Assembly (NCBI GenBank): GCA_963575745.1
Contig: CAUYUJ010000320.1
Span: 62,001 to 115,388 of the forward strand
Origin: Prorocentrum cordatum
Taxonomy: Eukaryota
Length of the DNA: 53,388 nt
Direction: 5' to 3'
The notes below the pieces were generated by a model. The model ran no database searches and was not told the origin of the DNA. It worked only from the letters and a program-made list of their open reading frames with translations. This document shows positions 10,301 to 19,639 of this stretch, one piece after another. Each line of letters starts with the position of its first letter. Position 1 is the stretch's first letter. Made by a program: the position numbers and the translations under genes.

Positions 10301-13300
10301 CCATACCATCTTGTTGGCTCTTGCGAGTCGACACACATCGACGCGAATCGACGCTAAGTCCACGCTCATCGACGCTAGATCGACGCTCATCGACACTAAA
10401 TCGGCGCAAGCGCACGCCGAAGGCTCCAGTGAGTTCTTTCTAAAAGAAGAAAGCGGTATGAACATAAACTTTCGACGCCCCGCGCGGTGCGCCTATAGTG
10501 TATGTTGACGTAGCTTTCCCTTCTTCGAATTGATTTGTCACCGAAAGCTCCTCCCGAGAAGCCCTGCCCCCGAGCCTTCTGAGCCGGCCTGCCCCCTGAC
10601 GAGCCCTGCCAGTGGGCCCTGCCCCCTGTCGGGAGCGGCCAAGAGGGGAGTGTCCAAGAGGGGGGGGGTGCAAATCATGACCGGCGGCATATGCGCGGCC
10701 CAGCGGGGGGGCCAGGGACGTGATGAAACAAGAAGAGGCGCCCTGAGATCTGGGCAGATATCATGGCCCCCGCCATGATATCCACCCCCCCCCTAGTCAT
10801 CACCCCCCTCTTTTCCGCCCCCGACCCTGAGAAGCCCTGCCAGAGAAACGTTCCCGGGCCTTCTGAGGGGGCCCTGCCCCTCCTCACCTCCCCCCTGCAA
10901 GGCCCAGCGCCCCTCGAACGGGGACTCCACTGACGGGCACTTTGGCCAGTGACCCGGCGAACCCAGCCCTCACCGCTGTGGACAACGCTGAAGTGCCAGA
11001 AAGAGGCCCTCAAAAGGGCAGCTTTCGGCAACTTCCCGAAGTACCCGTTGGTATTATGTCGGGCGTGCCCCCCTATACAGGGGGATTTTCGACGAAACAT
11101 ATTTAAAATACCCCAAACATGCAGCAAACATAGCAAAAAATGCTCAAAAAATAGTCCCCCGACTATTTTTGGACTCTTTCTTTATATTTGTGGGGTACTT
11201 TTTATTTCTCGTCGGAAATCCCCACGTAGGGGGACAGGCCCGACCTAACGTTAGTACCCATTACGGTGCCGCTGAAAGGCTCCTCCTCCTCCTCTTAACG
11301 TTAGTACCCATTACGGTGCCGCTGAAAGGCTGTAGGGGGACAGGCCCGACTTAACGTCAGTTAGGGGGCCACATGCGAACCCTACCCCTACCCACCACGA
11401 TTTCTGAGGGGGAGGGTGGGGTTCACTTCGCTCGGGAGCTCCCCCCCCACTCAGAAATCGTGGGGGGTAGGGGTAGGGTTCGCATGTGGCCCCCTATTAA
11501 TACCCATTACGGTGATCTGTTGCCGGAAGCTCCTCCTCCAGCGACGCCACGTGCTGCTCGCAGTCCTCCAGGCTCACCCGCACGGCCTTCCGCACGGCGG
11601 CCCCGCCGTCCGGGCCCTCGACGCGGCGCCTCGCGACGTTGCACAGGCACGGCCGCAGCTCCTCGCAGAGCTGCGCGGCCTGCTCCCCGAAGAAGCGGAA
11701 GAAGACCTCGAAGAGGAGGTGCCGGACGTCGTCGCCTGGAGCACGGAGGGAGACGCCGGTGCTACACAACCCTCTGATGGGCCTGTTTTCCACCACCACC
11801 ACCATAAGTTGGAGGGGGGAATAAGGTGGAGGATGAGGATGAGGATGAGGATGAGGATGAGGAGGAGGATGATGATGATGATGATGATGAGGAGGAGGAG
11901 GAGGCGGAGGAGGAGGAGGAGGAGGAGGAGGAGGAGGAGGAGTAGGAGGACCCCCTCTCCCTTCAACTTATGATGGTGGTGGTGGTGGAAAACAGGCCCA
12001 TCAACCCTCGGCAACAAGCTACCTCAAAAGCGTCGGCCACGCCCCTCCAGTGTCGGGGCGCCCCTTCAGTGTCGGCACGCCCGGAGGCGTCGTGGCCGGG
12101 GGGCATTCGATCGTTTCAGGGTCAAGCCGAGAGTTCGATGATGATCGACATTGAGCGAGGCGCGCCAAGAAGTTCGGCGTGTTCATCGCCAGCCACTCCA
12201 GGAACACACACAAGCTCAAGTTGGATGTGCAGCACATGTTTGAGGTTAAATGTGGCGAGGATGCTGCGCGCTTCTGTTGGAGGGGCGCGCCCAAGCCGAA
12301 CCTGTAGCGCAGCACCGTGCATTGCCTCGTCTGGCTACCGAGCGGTATGGCCAGACAGCGCCAGCCACGGAGCTTATACTGTAAGATGTCCGAGCGTGCG
12401 CATCGCCCCATATACTGCATATGGCATACATGTGTGCGTGTTTAGAATGCACATATATATATATATATATATATATGTATAGCTAGTGTTATGTGTAACC
12501 ATGTGTGTATGTATATATATGTGTATATATATGCATTCTATATATACACTGCATTTCCATACCTAGGCTCTGCCTAGAAGGGTTCTTACTCGGAGGCTTA
12601 CCCATCGGTCGGTCGGAAGAAGTAGGTAGAAACATGAAGTAGGAAGGCGTTGGAAATAGATTGGGTTTCCGCACGCCTCCTGAAGAGGAAGGAAGAAGGA
12701 AAACCACTCGACTCTTGAAGTAGGAAGGCGCTGAAAGTAGATTGGAATCTGGGAATCCAAAAATACCTACTTTCAACGACCGATGGGTAAAGGGCCGGGC
12801 AATGGGGCACGCCCCGGGCGGTCCCCCCGGCATCCGCCCCGCGGTTCCCCCAGTTGCGCCCCCTGGGTTCACCCAGCTTAGCTTAGCTAAGCTTTGCTTA
12901 GCTTTGCCTAGCCTGGCTTAGCTTAGCTTAGCATAGCTTAGCTTATCCCATCTTAGCTTATCTTAGCTTAACTAGCTCTGCACAGCCTAGCTTAGCTTAG
13001 CTTAGCTTAGCTGATCTCATCTTAGCTTAGTTTAGCTTAGCTTAGCTTATCTCATGTTAGCTTAGCTTAGCTTAGCTTTGCCTAGCCTAGCCTGGCTTAG
13101 CTTAGCTCAACTCAGCTTAGCCTCGCCTAGCTTAGCTTACCTCAGCTTAGCTTTAGCATAGCTTAGCTTACCTTAACTTAGCGCAACGCAGCATAGCGCA
13201 GCGCAGCATTAGCACAGCATAGCATAGCATAGCCAAGCATAGCATAGCATAGCTCAGCACAACATAGCGTAGCGCAGCATAGCATAGCATAGCATAGCAT

Positions 13301-16300
13301 ACCATGACATTGCTTAGCACAGCACAACGCAGCATAGCAAATCATAGCATAGCACAGCACAGCATAGCATAGCATAGCATATAATATAATAGCATAGCGC
13401 AGCATAGCATAGCATAGGCATAGCCTAGCCTAGATGTAGATGCTGCTGTCCTAAATGCTCCAACTCCTAGGTAGGGTCGCACTGGGATAATGATATGTTT
13501 TGGGGGGGCCCCTCGCCTTCGTCATCGTCCCTGACGGCATCGAGCAGCCCCAGGGACCACAGCTCGAACCCACCCGCCTGGCCGAGCTCCGTGCCCTCGT
13601 TCAGGATGTTGCCCGCGGCGAGCACCAGCCCGAGGAGGGGCAGCAGGGCCGCGGAGCGCAGGAAGGCCTCCGACACCGCCGCCAGGTCGTCGAGCATCTG
13701 CGAGGCCGCCAGGACGCGGTCCTGGTAGGCCCGCACAAAGGCCCAGCACTCCATGCGCAGAAGCACAAGCAACGCCATCAGCATACACTCGTGGCGCTCC
13801 GCGCGGAGTTCTCGGAGCCGCGATGGCCCCCCCCCCCCTCCCCGGCGCGCGGAGCGCGCCAGGGGCGGCGCCGGAGGCGCCGCCGATGGGGGGCCCCAGC
13901 GCGGATCCAGGAAGTCCGCGCGGAGCGCCAGAAGATTATGCTCACGCCGTTTCTTCTTCTTCGGATGCGCGCAGGGTAGGCAGCCACGCCGCCGACGGCC
14001 CACACGTACTCCTCCAGCGGGGCCAGGGGGGCTTGCGGCTGCTCGTCCAGTGCTTTGCGGATGAGCTCCAGCTGTGCTGCCTTGCCGGCCGCATGCTGGC
14101 GCACCAGCTCCAGCTCGCCTGGCGTGAGGAGCTGGTCGTCCAGGCCGGCCAGCGCCAGCGCCACGTCGCGCGCGGGCGGCAGCCGCTTCAGCTGCGGCTC
14201 GTGCTCCAGCCGCGTCCGGCTGTCAAGCACACACAGCCGCCTGGAAGTCTCGCTGCTCTGCCGGACGAGCTGGGGAGGCTTCTGCGCGGGGAGGTCGCCG
14301 CGGGCGCGAGGCTCCTGTGCGGGGGCCTTCGCGTAGCGGCCCTCCAGGGCGGGCACCGGCAGAGCGGCGTCGTCCCCGACACGGTCCCAGATCGTCGCCC
14401 CTGGTCAGGGACCAGGAAACAAACGACACCACCCCACCTACGGCCCCACGCGGCTTGGCGTATGCCAGGGTACCTGGCGTGGGCTCTTGCGTGGTAGGCG
14501 CTACGGCGCCCGATGGGCCGTAGCGCAACATGGAGGGCCGCAGGTGGGGCTAGAGGAACAGAAAACGGCATCAACATAAACTTTTGGTGGTCCGCACGGA
14601 TTTCTTGAATCCGCGCTGGACCCCCTCCCTGGAGCGCCGAGCGCGCCAGGGGCGGCGCCGCCCGGGGGGCCCAGCGCGCATCAAAAGATATCTGCGCGGA
14701 GCGCCAAAAGTTTATGTGTACTGCCGTTCTTTGTTCTTCGATCGGTGGAGTGGTTTGTTTTTTGGTCGAGGCCTGGGGGCATGTCCTTACCGAGCACCAG
14801 CCGCTTCCACCACAGGGGCTTCATCGGCTGGGCCGGCGTCACCTTGGGCCTCTCGGGCCCGCCCGCGCCGGGCCCCCCTGCGCCAGGCTTCCCCTTATCT
14901 CGGAGGGCGCGGGCCACACACGCCGAATGCAGCGATCCTGGCCAGGCCAGGATCGGCGTTCGCGGGCAACGACAGGGGGGGGACATGCATATAGGGAAAG
15001 ATGCATCGACCCCCAATCGCCCATTGATCGGCGATAGGGGCCCGATTGCCCCACCCCGCCCAGGAAGGCACGGATTCACTATCGGGGGCCTGTCGCCGAT
15101 CTGTCGGCGATGTATCGCCGATTCCAGGTCGATGCATCCCCCCTATGCCTATCCCCCCTATATCGTTGCCCCTCAGGTGTAGACATGGCATCGGGAGGAG
15201 CCAAAACGTACCCTCGGGACGACGCGCCCCCAGCTCGGCCTCGCAGCGGCTACGGCTCTGGCCACGGCGGGCGCCAAAAAGCCGAGCCGCTGGGCGCTCC
15301 GAGGTGGGCTCTGAGCAGGTGGGCTCTGAGCCCCCCCCACCCTCCAGGGTATGGCCAGCCCTGGGGCATGTTCGTCGGCTCGGACGAAGCGGGGGGGGAT
15401 TAGCAAAAGAGGGAGTGGCGCGAGTCCGCCCGCGGAGCTGGCTTCCCCGGCAGCTGCCGGCACCGGCAGGCGCCGGCTCGTCATGAAGAGCCGCCCAGCG
15501 GCGCGGCCGAAACCAGCCGCGCGCGGCAGATCTCGCGACGCCCCTTCCCCTTCAGGCCTCGGAACAGAAATAGCGAACACGCACGCCGCATTCATCGGCC
15601 AACGCCTCCCCCTCCCCCCCATGTCCAAAGTCGGCGGTGGATCTGACGAGCTGCACTCCGACCGCAGGCCCCCCCGCGCGCGCCAACTCTGAGTTTGGGG
15701 GAGCGGGGGAGTGTCCACGAATTGTTTCCCGCTGCCGTACCCCCAGTGTCACCACAAGTTGGGGGGGAGGGGGTCCTGTGCTCCACCACCGTCACCACAA
15801 GTTGGAGGGGGAGGGGGTCCTCCTCCTCCTCCTCCTCCTCCTCCTCCTCCTCCTCCACCCCCCCCTCGTCCGACCCGAGTGCCCCCATGTCCCCTGGTCC
15901 CCGGCAGCGCGGCCGCGACCTGCGCGCGACGCCGCAGGGGGGCCGCGGGTGCCGGGCGCGCGCCACGGGTGGGGCGGATAGTATGGGATGCCAGGCGGCA
16001 CCTCCCCCCGAGGTCGAGGGACCCCAGCAGTGGGCCCGCACCTCAAGTAAGAGGCCAAACCCAGAAGAGGTCGGCGATGCGGCGCGCGACGGCGGGCTCT
16101 CTTGCGGGAGGGGAAGGGGGGGGGGAAGCTTCCATGGGCGGAGGCTGCTCCTTAGAGGGCGCCAGCCCCTGCATCCACAGACAGGGCCCGCGCCTTCTAA
16201 GAGGCAGGGGTGCTCCTGAGAAGAACCCCCCTCTGCGCGGCAGGGGGAGGACGGGGGAAGCTTTCTCGGACTCCTTAGAGGGCGCCGGCCCTAGGTCTAC

Positions 16301-16756
16301 AGACAAGGCCCGCGCCTTCCAAGTGGCAGGGATGCTTCTAAGGAGAACCCGCCTCTGCGCGGCAGGGGGGAGAGGGGGGGGGAAGGCTTCTTCGAAGGAG
16401 GCTGCTCCTGAGAAGGCGCTCGCCCTACGTCCACAGACAAGGCCCGCGCCTTCCAAGTGCCAGGGGTGCTTCCAAGGAGCCCCCTTCTGCGCGCGGCTGA
16501 CCCGTGGGCCCGCACCAAAAGGTCACCCTGGCGAGGGGACACTCTTCCGGTCCGTCGCCTCGCGCGTGGCCTCCCCCGATCTGTACAGCCCGGGGAACTC
16601 CGGCCTTGGAAATCCCGGGACACATCACCATCGACGAACATAAAGACGAAGTTGAAGATGATGATGAAGATGAAGATGAAGAAGATGATGATGATGATAA
16701 TGATAATGATGATGATTGTGATGACAAAGCATGTGAAGACGAAGATGCAGATGGAT

Positions 16757-16803
<47 letters not shown>

Positions 16804-19172
16804 AATAATGATGATGCTGATGATACTGATTATGGCTATGATGGTGAAAATGATGATGGTGGTGATGATGATGATGATGGTGATGATGATGCTGATGATG
16901 ATGATGATCATGATGACGACAATGACGATCATGATTACGACGAAGACCGTAGCCTTTCTGGCTCAAGCCACGTGGGCTCAAGGAGCGTATGAGCCAAGCC
17001 TGCAGCCCAGCTTCGCCACAGCGCCGGGCGAGCCCGACGCCATAGCCACGAGCGCAGAGTGCGCCCTGCCCTCCGCAAGCACCGTCGGCGTCGCAGTCGT
17101 GACCCCTTGGCTCCCCCGAGGGCCACCCTCGCGTGCCACCGCCTCGCCCGCGGCCTCCCCCAAGACGAAGCCAGGACAAAGGCCAAATTCGGGCGAGGCT
17201 AACTCGAGAGATCCGACGGCACTGGAGGATGTCTCGAAGCCAGGACGAGGACACCTTCGGGCGCGAATAACTCGAGAATCTGTGAGATCCGGCGGCTCCT
17301 GGAGGATGTCTCGGGCGCCGCAGAGCCTTCCGGCCTTCCGGCACGCCCTGAGAGCATTCTGGAACGCTCTGGAACGGAGCTATCCTTGTCCCAGCCCCGT
17401 CCGGCATTGCATCATCCAGGAGTCGAAGAATGGCCAAGGCGTCGTCAAGGTGTGCACAGCATAAGAACAGGGACGCAGGCTGCCAAGACCAGGCACAAAA
17501 GAAAGCCCGTCCAGGAACGACGGGGGCAACGAAAGAACGAGAGAAACCCGACGCTCCTCGGGGGAACTATCCATCGAGGCCGGCCGAGCAAGCATCACTC
17601 CCAGGGGGGACGCGCACACGGGGCCAGCCGTCGGGCACTTGCCCGTGGAGATCCTGGATCTCCCCGTCCGATGTGCAGCCCGGCGCCCTCCGGCCTTCTG
17701 CCTCCCCTTGCCGCCGCCGCCCCCGCCCGCGCCGGCGTCGGCGGCGCCCTGCGCACCTAGGGGGCAAGCAAACCTACCTCGCTTTTGACCACCCTCGCTG
17801 CCAAGAGATACCAAGCGATGCCAAACTACAGCCTGTGCTGGTCAGGCCGCTGGACGAGGAGGCGTGTGGTATGACTTGGTTTTGTCTGGAAGCGAAAGCG
17901 GGGTATGTAATTCACGCTCTGAGCACCGGCGCCCGCGGGGCCGGGCGGCTTGCCCTTGCCCGTGGCGGGCGGCCCGCCCTTGGCCTTGCCCTGCCGGGCG
18001 GCGCGCGCACAGGCGGGGGGGGGCGAGGCCAGGCCCCCCCCCGTGTTTTCTGAAGGGGCCCTGGGACACACAAATAAATACACACAAATAAAATGATTCC
18101 CCATATTTCCCCATATTTTTTGGGTTTTTGTCTTCGCCCCCACTTCCCATATTTTCGCATATTTTCTGGGAATCGACGAATAATTGTGTCTGTGTGTTTT
18201 TTCCCCTCTTGATTTTCATCGGGCAAGGGACCAATGATGGGCCGAAGGGGAAGGATGCAAGGGTAACCTTGGAACGCGTGACACCCCCTCGAGCAGTGAA
18301 AAAAGCACGACAGGCGGTTTTTCTGCATGTTCGACATGCGGGGGCCCTTACGGGGCCTCAGGGCCGCCCAAAACCAACTCAGGATGAGAAAGCGGTCCCT
18401 GGGAATGGGTCCAGACCTCTGCGGGCCGACGCAATGAAAATTCATGACGTCGGGGATCTGGGAAAGTTGCTCATCCCTACTGTGCGGGTTGACTGTATTG
18501 GAATCGAAGTCATAAGAGGTGCCATGAAATCTGAGGATGTATCATGGCCCCAGCCATGATATCATCCCCCCCATGGTCATCACCCCCCTCTCGCCGCCAT
18601 CCCCGACTCAGGGCGGAAGCGCGAAGGGGCGGGCTCCTGAGAGAGCCGGGGGCGTCTCAGAGATTGCTCTTACCTCGAGCAACGACCGTCACCTTGGGGA
18701 GGGGTGCGCAGACGGTCGGTCTGCTGAAACGAGGAACGCTACAAGAGGAGCGAAACCCCAGTTTAGCGCCAACAGCGCCTGGGTGCACGAGTAGAAACAG
18801 AAAAGACGACCTAAACAAACTTTTGGCGCTCCAGGCGGATTTCTTGGATCTGCGCTGGACACCCCCTCCCTGGCGCGCGCAGCGCGCCAAGGGCGGCGCA
18901 GGAGGCGCCGCCAGGAGGCCCAGCGCGGATCCAACAACTCCGCGCGGAACGCCAAAAGTTTCTGTTTAGGGCTCTTTCCCTTCTTCGAACGAGGAGGGCT
19001 AGAGGAGTAACCACGGAATGACCCCCGTCTCAAGGCTCCCGGCCCGTGCGCGCGCCGCCAGCCTTCCCCGCGCCAGCCGGCGTCGGGGCCGCCGCCGCAG
19101 CAGCTGCGCTGGCCTCGGGCGCCTGCGCCGGCGGCGCGGCGGACGTCCCGTCCGATTCGGCGGGCTCCATGC
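7250..19172 (-). CDS. Formin (FH1-like + FH2) multi-exon gene, partial model; 5' and 3' ends not resolved
   Basis: Joined exons give FH2 motifs in the correct order: PMKPLWWKRL (lasso), ATIWDRV, VLDSRT..LKRLP, LEEYVWAVGGVAAYPARMECWAF, LLGLVLAAGNILNEGTELGQAGGFELWSLGLLDAVRD (GNxxN/GF motif), RVSLEDCEQHVASLEEEL, DAFRARMPREFERA, DFCLLWDDLL. Exon phases agree at every modelled junction. Confidence 0.9.
7367..7671. mobile_element. MITE family D copy forming a formin intron
   Basis: TIR GTCGGGCAT/ATGCCCGAC; perfect 8-bp TSD GCCTCGTC at 7359-7366 and 7672-7679. Confidence 0.8.
7674..7768 (-). CDS. Formin post-FH2 exon (DLLAADAAAAAALCAGEAPGPAELRALWRLDE)
   Basis: Phase-1 join gives FPS-DLL; GAG|GC donor; protein-like composition. 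Confidence 0.65.
8360..8522. mobile_element. Short element family B, copy 2
   Basis: Homologous to copy 1; TSD GTGTC. Confidence 0.85.
8666..8843. mobile_element. Tc1/mariner-type MITE
   Basis: TA|CAGTCGGGGC…GCCCCGACTG|TA. Confidence 0.75.
9293..9454. mobile_element. Short element family B, copy 3
   Basis: Homologous to copy 1; TSD CCAGA. Confidence 0.85.
9662..9805. mobile_element. MITE family D copy
   Basis: GTCGGGCACGTCC…CTACAGG / CCTGTAGAGGGACATGCTCGAC inverted ends. Confidence 0.7.
9833..10022 (-). CDS. Formin FH2 C-terminal exon (DPADAF…LLWDDLLFPS)
   Basis: FH2 C-terminal helix pattern DxF…M..F..A…F..L…F…DF..LW; GAG|G acceptor and G|GC donor. Confidence 0.85.
10026..10221. mobile_element. 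MITE family A copy forming a formin intron (Introner-like)
   Basis: Palindromic core TGGCGCTCCGCGCGGA…TCCGCGCGGA; 5-bp TSD TCCTC at 10021-10025 and 10222-10226. Confidence 0.85.
10224..10274 (-). CDS. Formin FH2 mini-exon (ELAAKQKLMEATLEAIE)
   Basis: AAG|G acceptor and GAG|GA donor; 51 nt; bridges LEE and DPADAF exactly. Confidence 0.75.
10441..10528. mobile_element. Internally deleted MITE family A copy
   Basis: Only the two arms remain (TAAAAG…CTTCGA). Confidence 0.55.
10629..10824. mobile_element. MITE family E (other copies at 7929-8126 and, partially, about 18500-18607)
   Basis: TCGGG…CCCGA termini, TSD CCCTG, homologous internal sequence among copies. Confidence 0.75.
11054..11248. 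mobile_element. MITE family D copy
   Basis: TIRs plus an 8-bp TSD with one mismatch (CGTTGGTA/CGTTAGTA). Confidence 0.75.
11362..11496. mobile_element. Near-perfect hairpin MITE (family G)
   Basis: TAGGGGGCCACATGCGAACCCTACCCCTACCC… mirrored at the right end; degenerate 5-bp TSD TCAGT/TTAAT. Confidence 0.75.
11533..11735 (-). CDS. Formin FH2 exon (DDVRHLLFEV…VASLEE)
   Basis: CAG|G acceptor and GAG|GA donor; 203 nt, correct phase; FH2 post region. Confidence 0.85.
11775..12003. mobile_element. Foldback MITE (family F) carrying a (GAT/GAG)n microsatellite
   Basis: TIR TGATGGGCCTGTTTTCCACCACCACCACCAT…; flanked by the direct repeat ACCCTC. Confidence 0.85.
12877..13430. repeat. Compound pentanucleotide microsatellite: (GCTTA)n then (GCATA)n
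   Basis: Direct inspection; the unit switches near 13180. Confidence 0.95.
13517..13752 (-). CDS. Formin FH2 exon, part b (ECWAF…GNILNEGTELGQAGGF…DDDE)
   Basis: Contains the hallmark FH2 GNxxN…GF motif; AAG|GC donor. Confidence 0.93.
13758..13964. mobile_element. MITE family A copy inserted in a formin FH2 exon
   Basis: Long imperfect TIRs; TSD ATGCG at 13753-13757 and 13965-13969. Confidence 0.88.
13965..14400 (-). CDS. Formin FH2 exon, part a (ATIWDRV…AYPAR)
   Basis: CAG|G acceptor; TIW, LE..Y, VLDS, LxxLD, LxxxE and YxxR motifs. Ends at the 212-bp MITE insertion. Confidence 0.9.
14551..14741. mobile_element. MITE family A copy nested in a formin intron
   Basis: Same TIRs (TAGAGG…CTTCGA) and palindromic core; TSD not recognisable. 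Confidence 0.75.
14773..14893 (-). CDS. Formin exon, start of FH2 (…PERPKVTPAQPMKPLWWKRLVLGKDMPP)
   Basis: KPLWW matches the FH2 lasso KxLxW motif. CAG|GC donor in phase 1 fits the next exon. Confidence 0.85.
14960..15175. mobile_element. MITE family H
   Basis: Imperfect TIRs GGGCAACGA…GATGCATCGACC; TSD GGCGT/GGTGT. Confidence 0.7.
16100..16495. repeat. Degenerate tandem repeat of about 120-130 bp, three copies
   Basis: ACAGACAAGGCCCGCGCCTTC recurs at about 16177, 16299 and 16433. Confidence 0.8.
16650..16940. repeat. (GAT)n microsatellite
   Basis: Direct inspection. Confidence 0.95.
16946..16982 (+). other. Dinoflagellate spliced leader plus tandem relict SL (retroposed mRNA 5' end)
   Basis: ACCGTAGCCTTTCTGGCTCAAG matches DCCGTAGCCATTTTGGCTCAAG at 20/22. 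It is followed directly by CCACGTGGGCTCAAG, which matches the relict 15-mer CCATTTTGGCTCAAG at 12/15. Confidence 0.9.
17695..17756 (-). CDS. Formin exon, Gly-rich (GAQGAADAGAGGGGGGKGRQK)
   Basis: TAG|G acceptor and AAG|GC donor. In phase on both sides; exact 3' boundary uncertain. Confidence 0.55.
17927..17990 (-). CDS. Formin exon, FH1-like (GKAKGGPPATGKGKPPGPAGA)
   Basis: CAG|G acceptor, G|GT donor, 64 nt, in phase with the next exon. Confidence 0.65.
18051..18212. mobile_element. Short element family B, copy 4
   Basis: Homologous to copy 1; TSD TTTTC. Confidence 0.85.
18792..18988. mobile_element. MITE family A copy
   Basis: Same core; perfect TSD ACGAG at 18787-18791 and 18989-18993. 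Confidence 0.85.
19063..19172 (-). CDS. Putative formin exon (Ala/Pro-rich linker GMEPAESDG...AGAGK)
   Basis: CAG|G acceptor and AAG|GC donor. Phase 0 join to the next exon (GKAKGGPP). Low complexity, so homology support is weak. Confidence 0.45.
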
Positions 19173-19639
19173 CTGGGAAAGGCATGGGGGGGGGGAGGCA
19201 GAGCTGGAGGAGGGACGGGGGAGGGAGGAAGAGGAGGGGGAGGAAGAAGGAGGAGGAGGAGGAGGAGGAGGAGGAGGAGGAGGAGCAGCAGGAGGACCAG
19301 TGCAAACCCAAGACTCACCAACGATGTTGCAAAAAACCTTCCGTCCAGGTTCCCTCTTCATGGGCACCATACGAGGACGTATGCTCACTCAGGGAAGTGC
19401 CCCGTTTGACAAGAATCATCTGAACATCCTGAACCGTGCGAAAACACCGCTCATGGGACTTCAAAACAGCGGATCAACGTTACGGTCTGCATCCTGACGA
19501 TCTGGAATAATGCTAAAGCACCATGCCTGGGACTTCAGCACCGCGGGTTAACGTGACAGCTGCGCCGTGACAGTCTTACATCGTGCACCAAACCACGATT
19601 TCTGATACGTCAGCCATCCAAATCAATCAAACAATTGAT

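Noticed and set aside
16297..17464. Poly-Met, poly-Asp, poly-His and poly-Ile ORFs
   Set aside because: Frames of a (GAT)n microsatellite.
17707..17935. GG-donor non-canonical introns suggested by 7-8 nt direct repeats
   Set aside because: In-frame GT-AG and GC-AG alternatives exist nearby and are more parsimonious.
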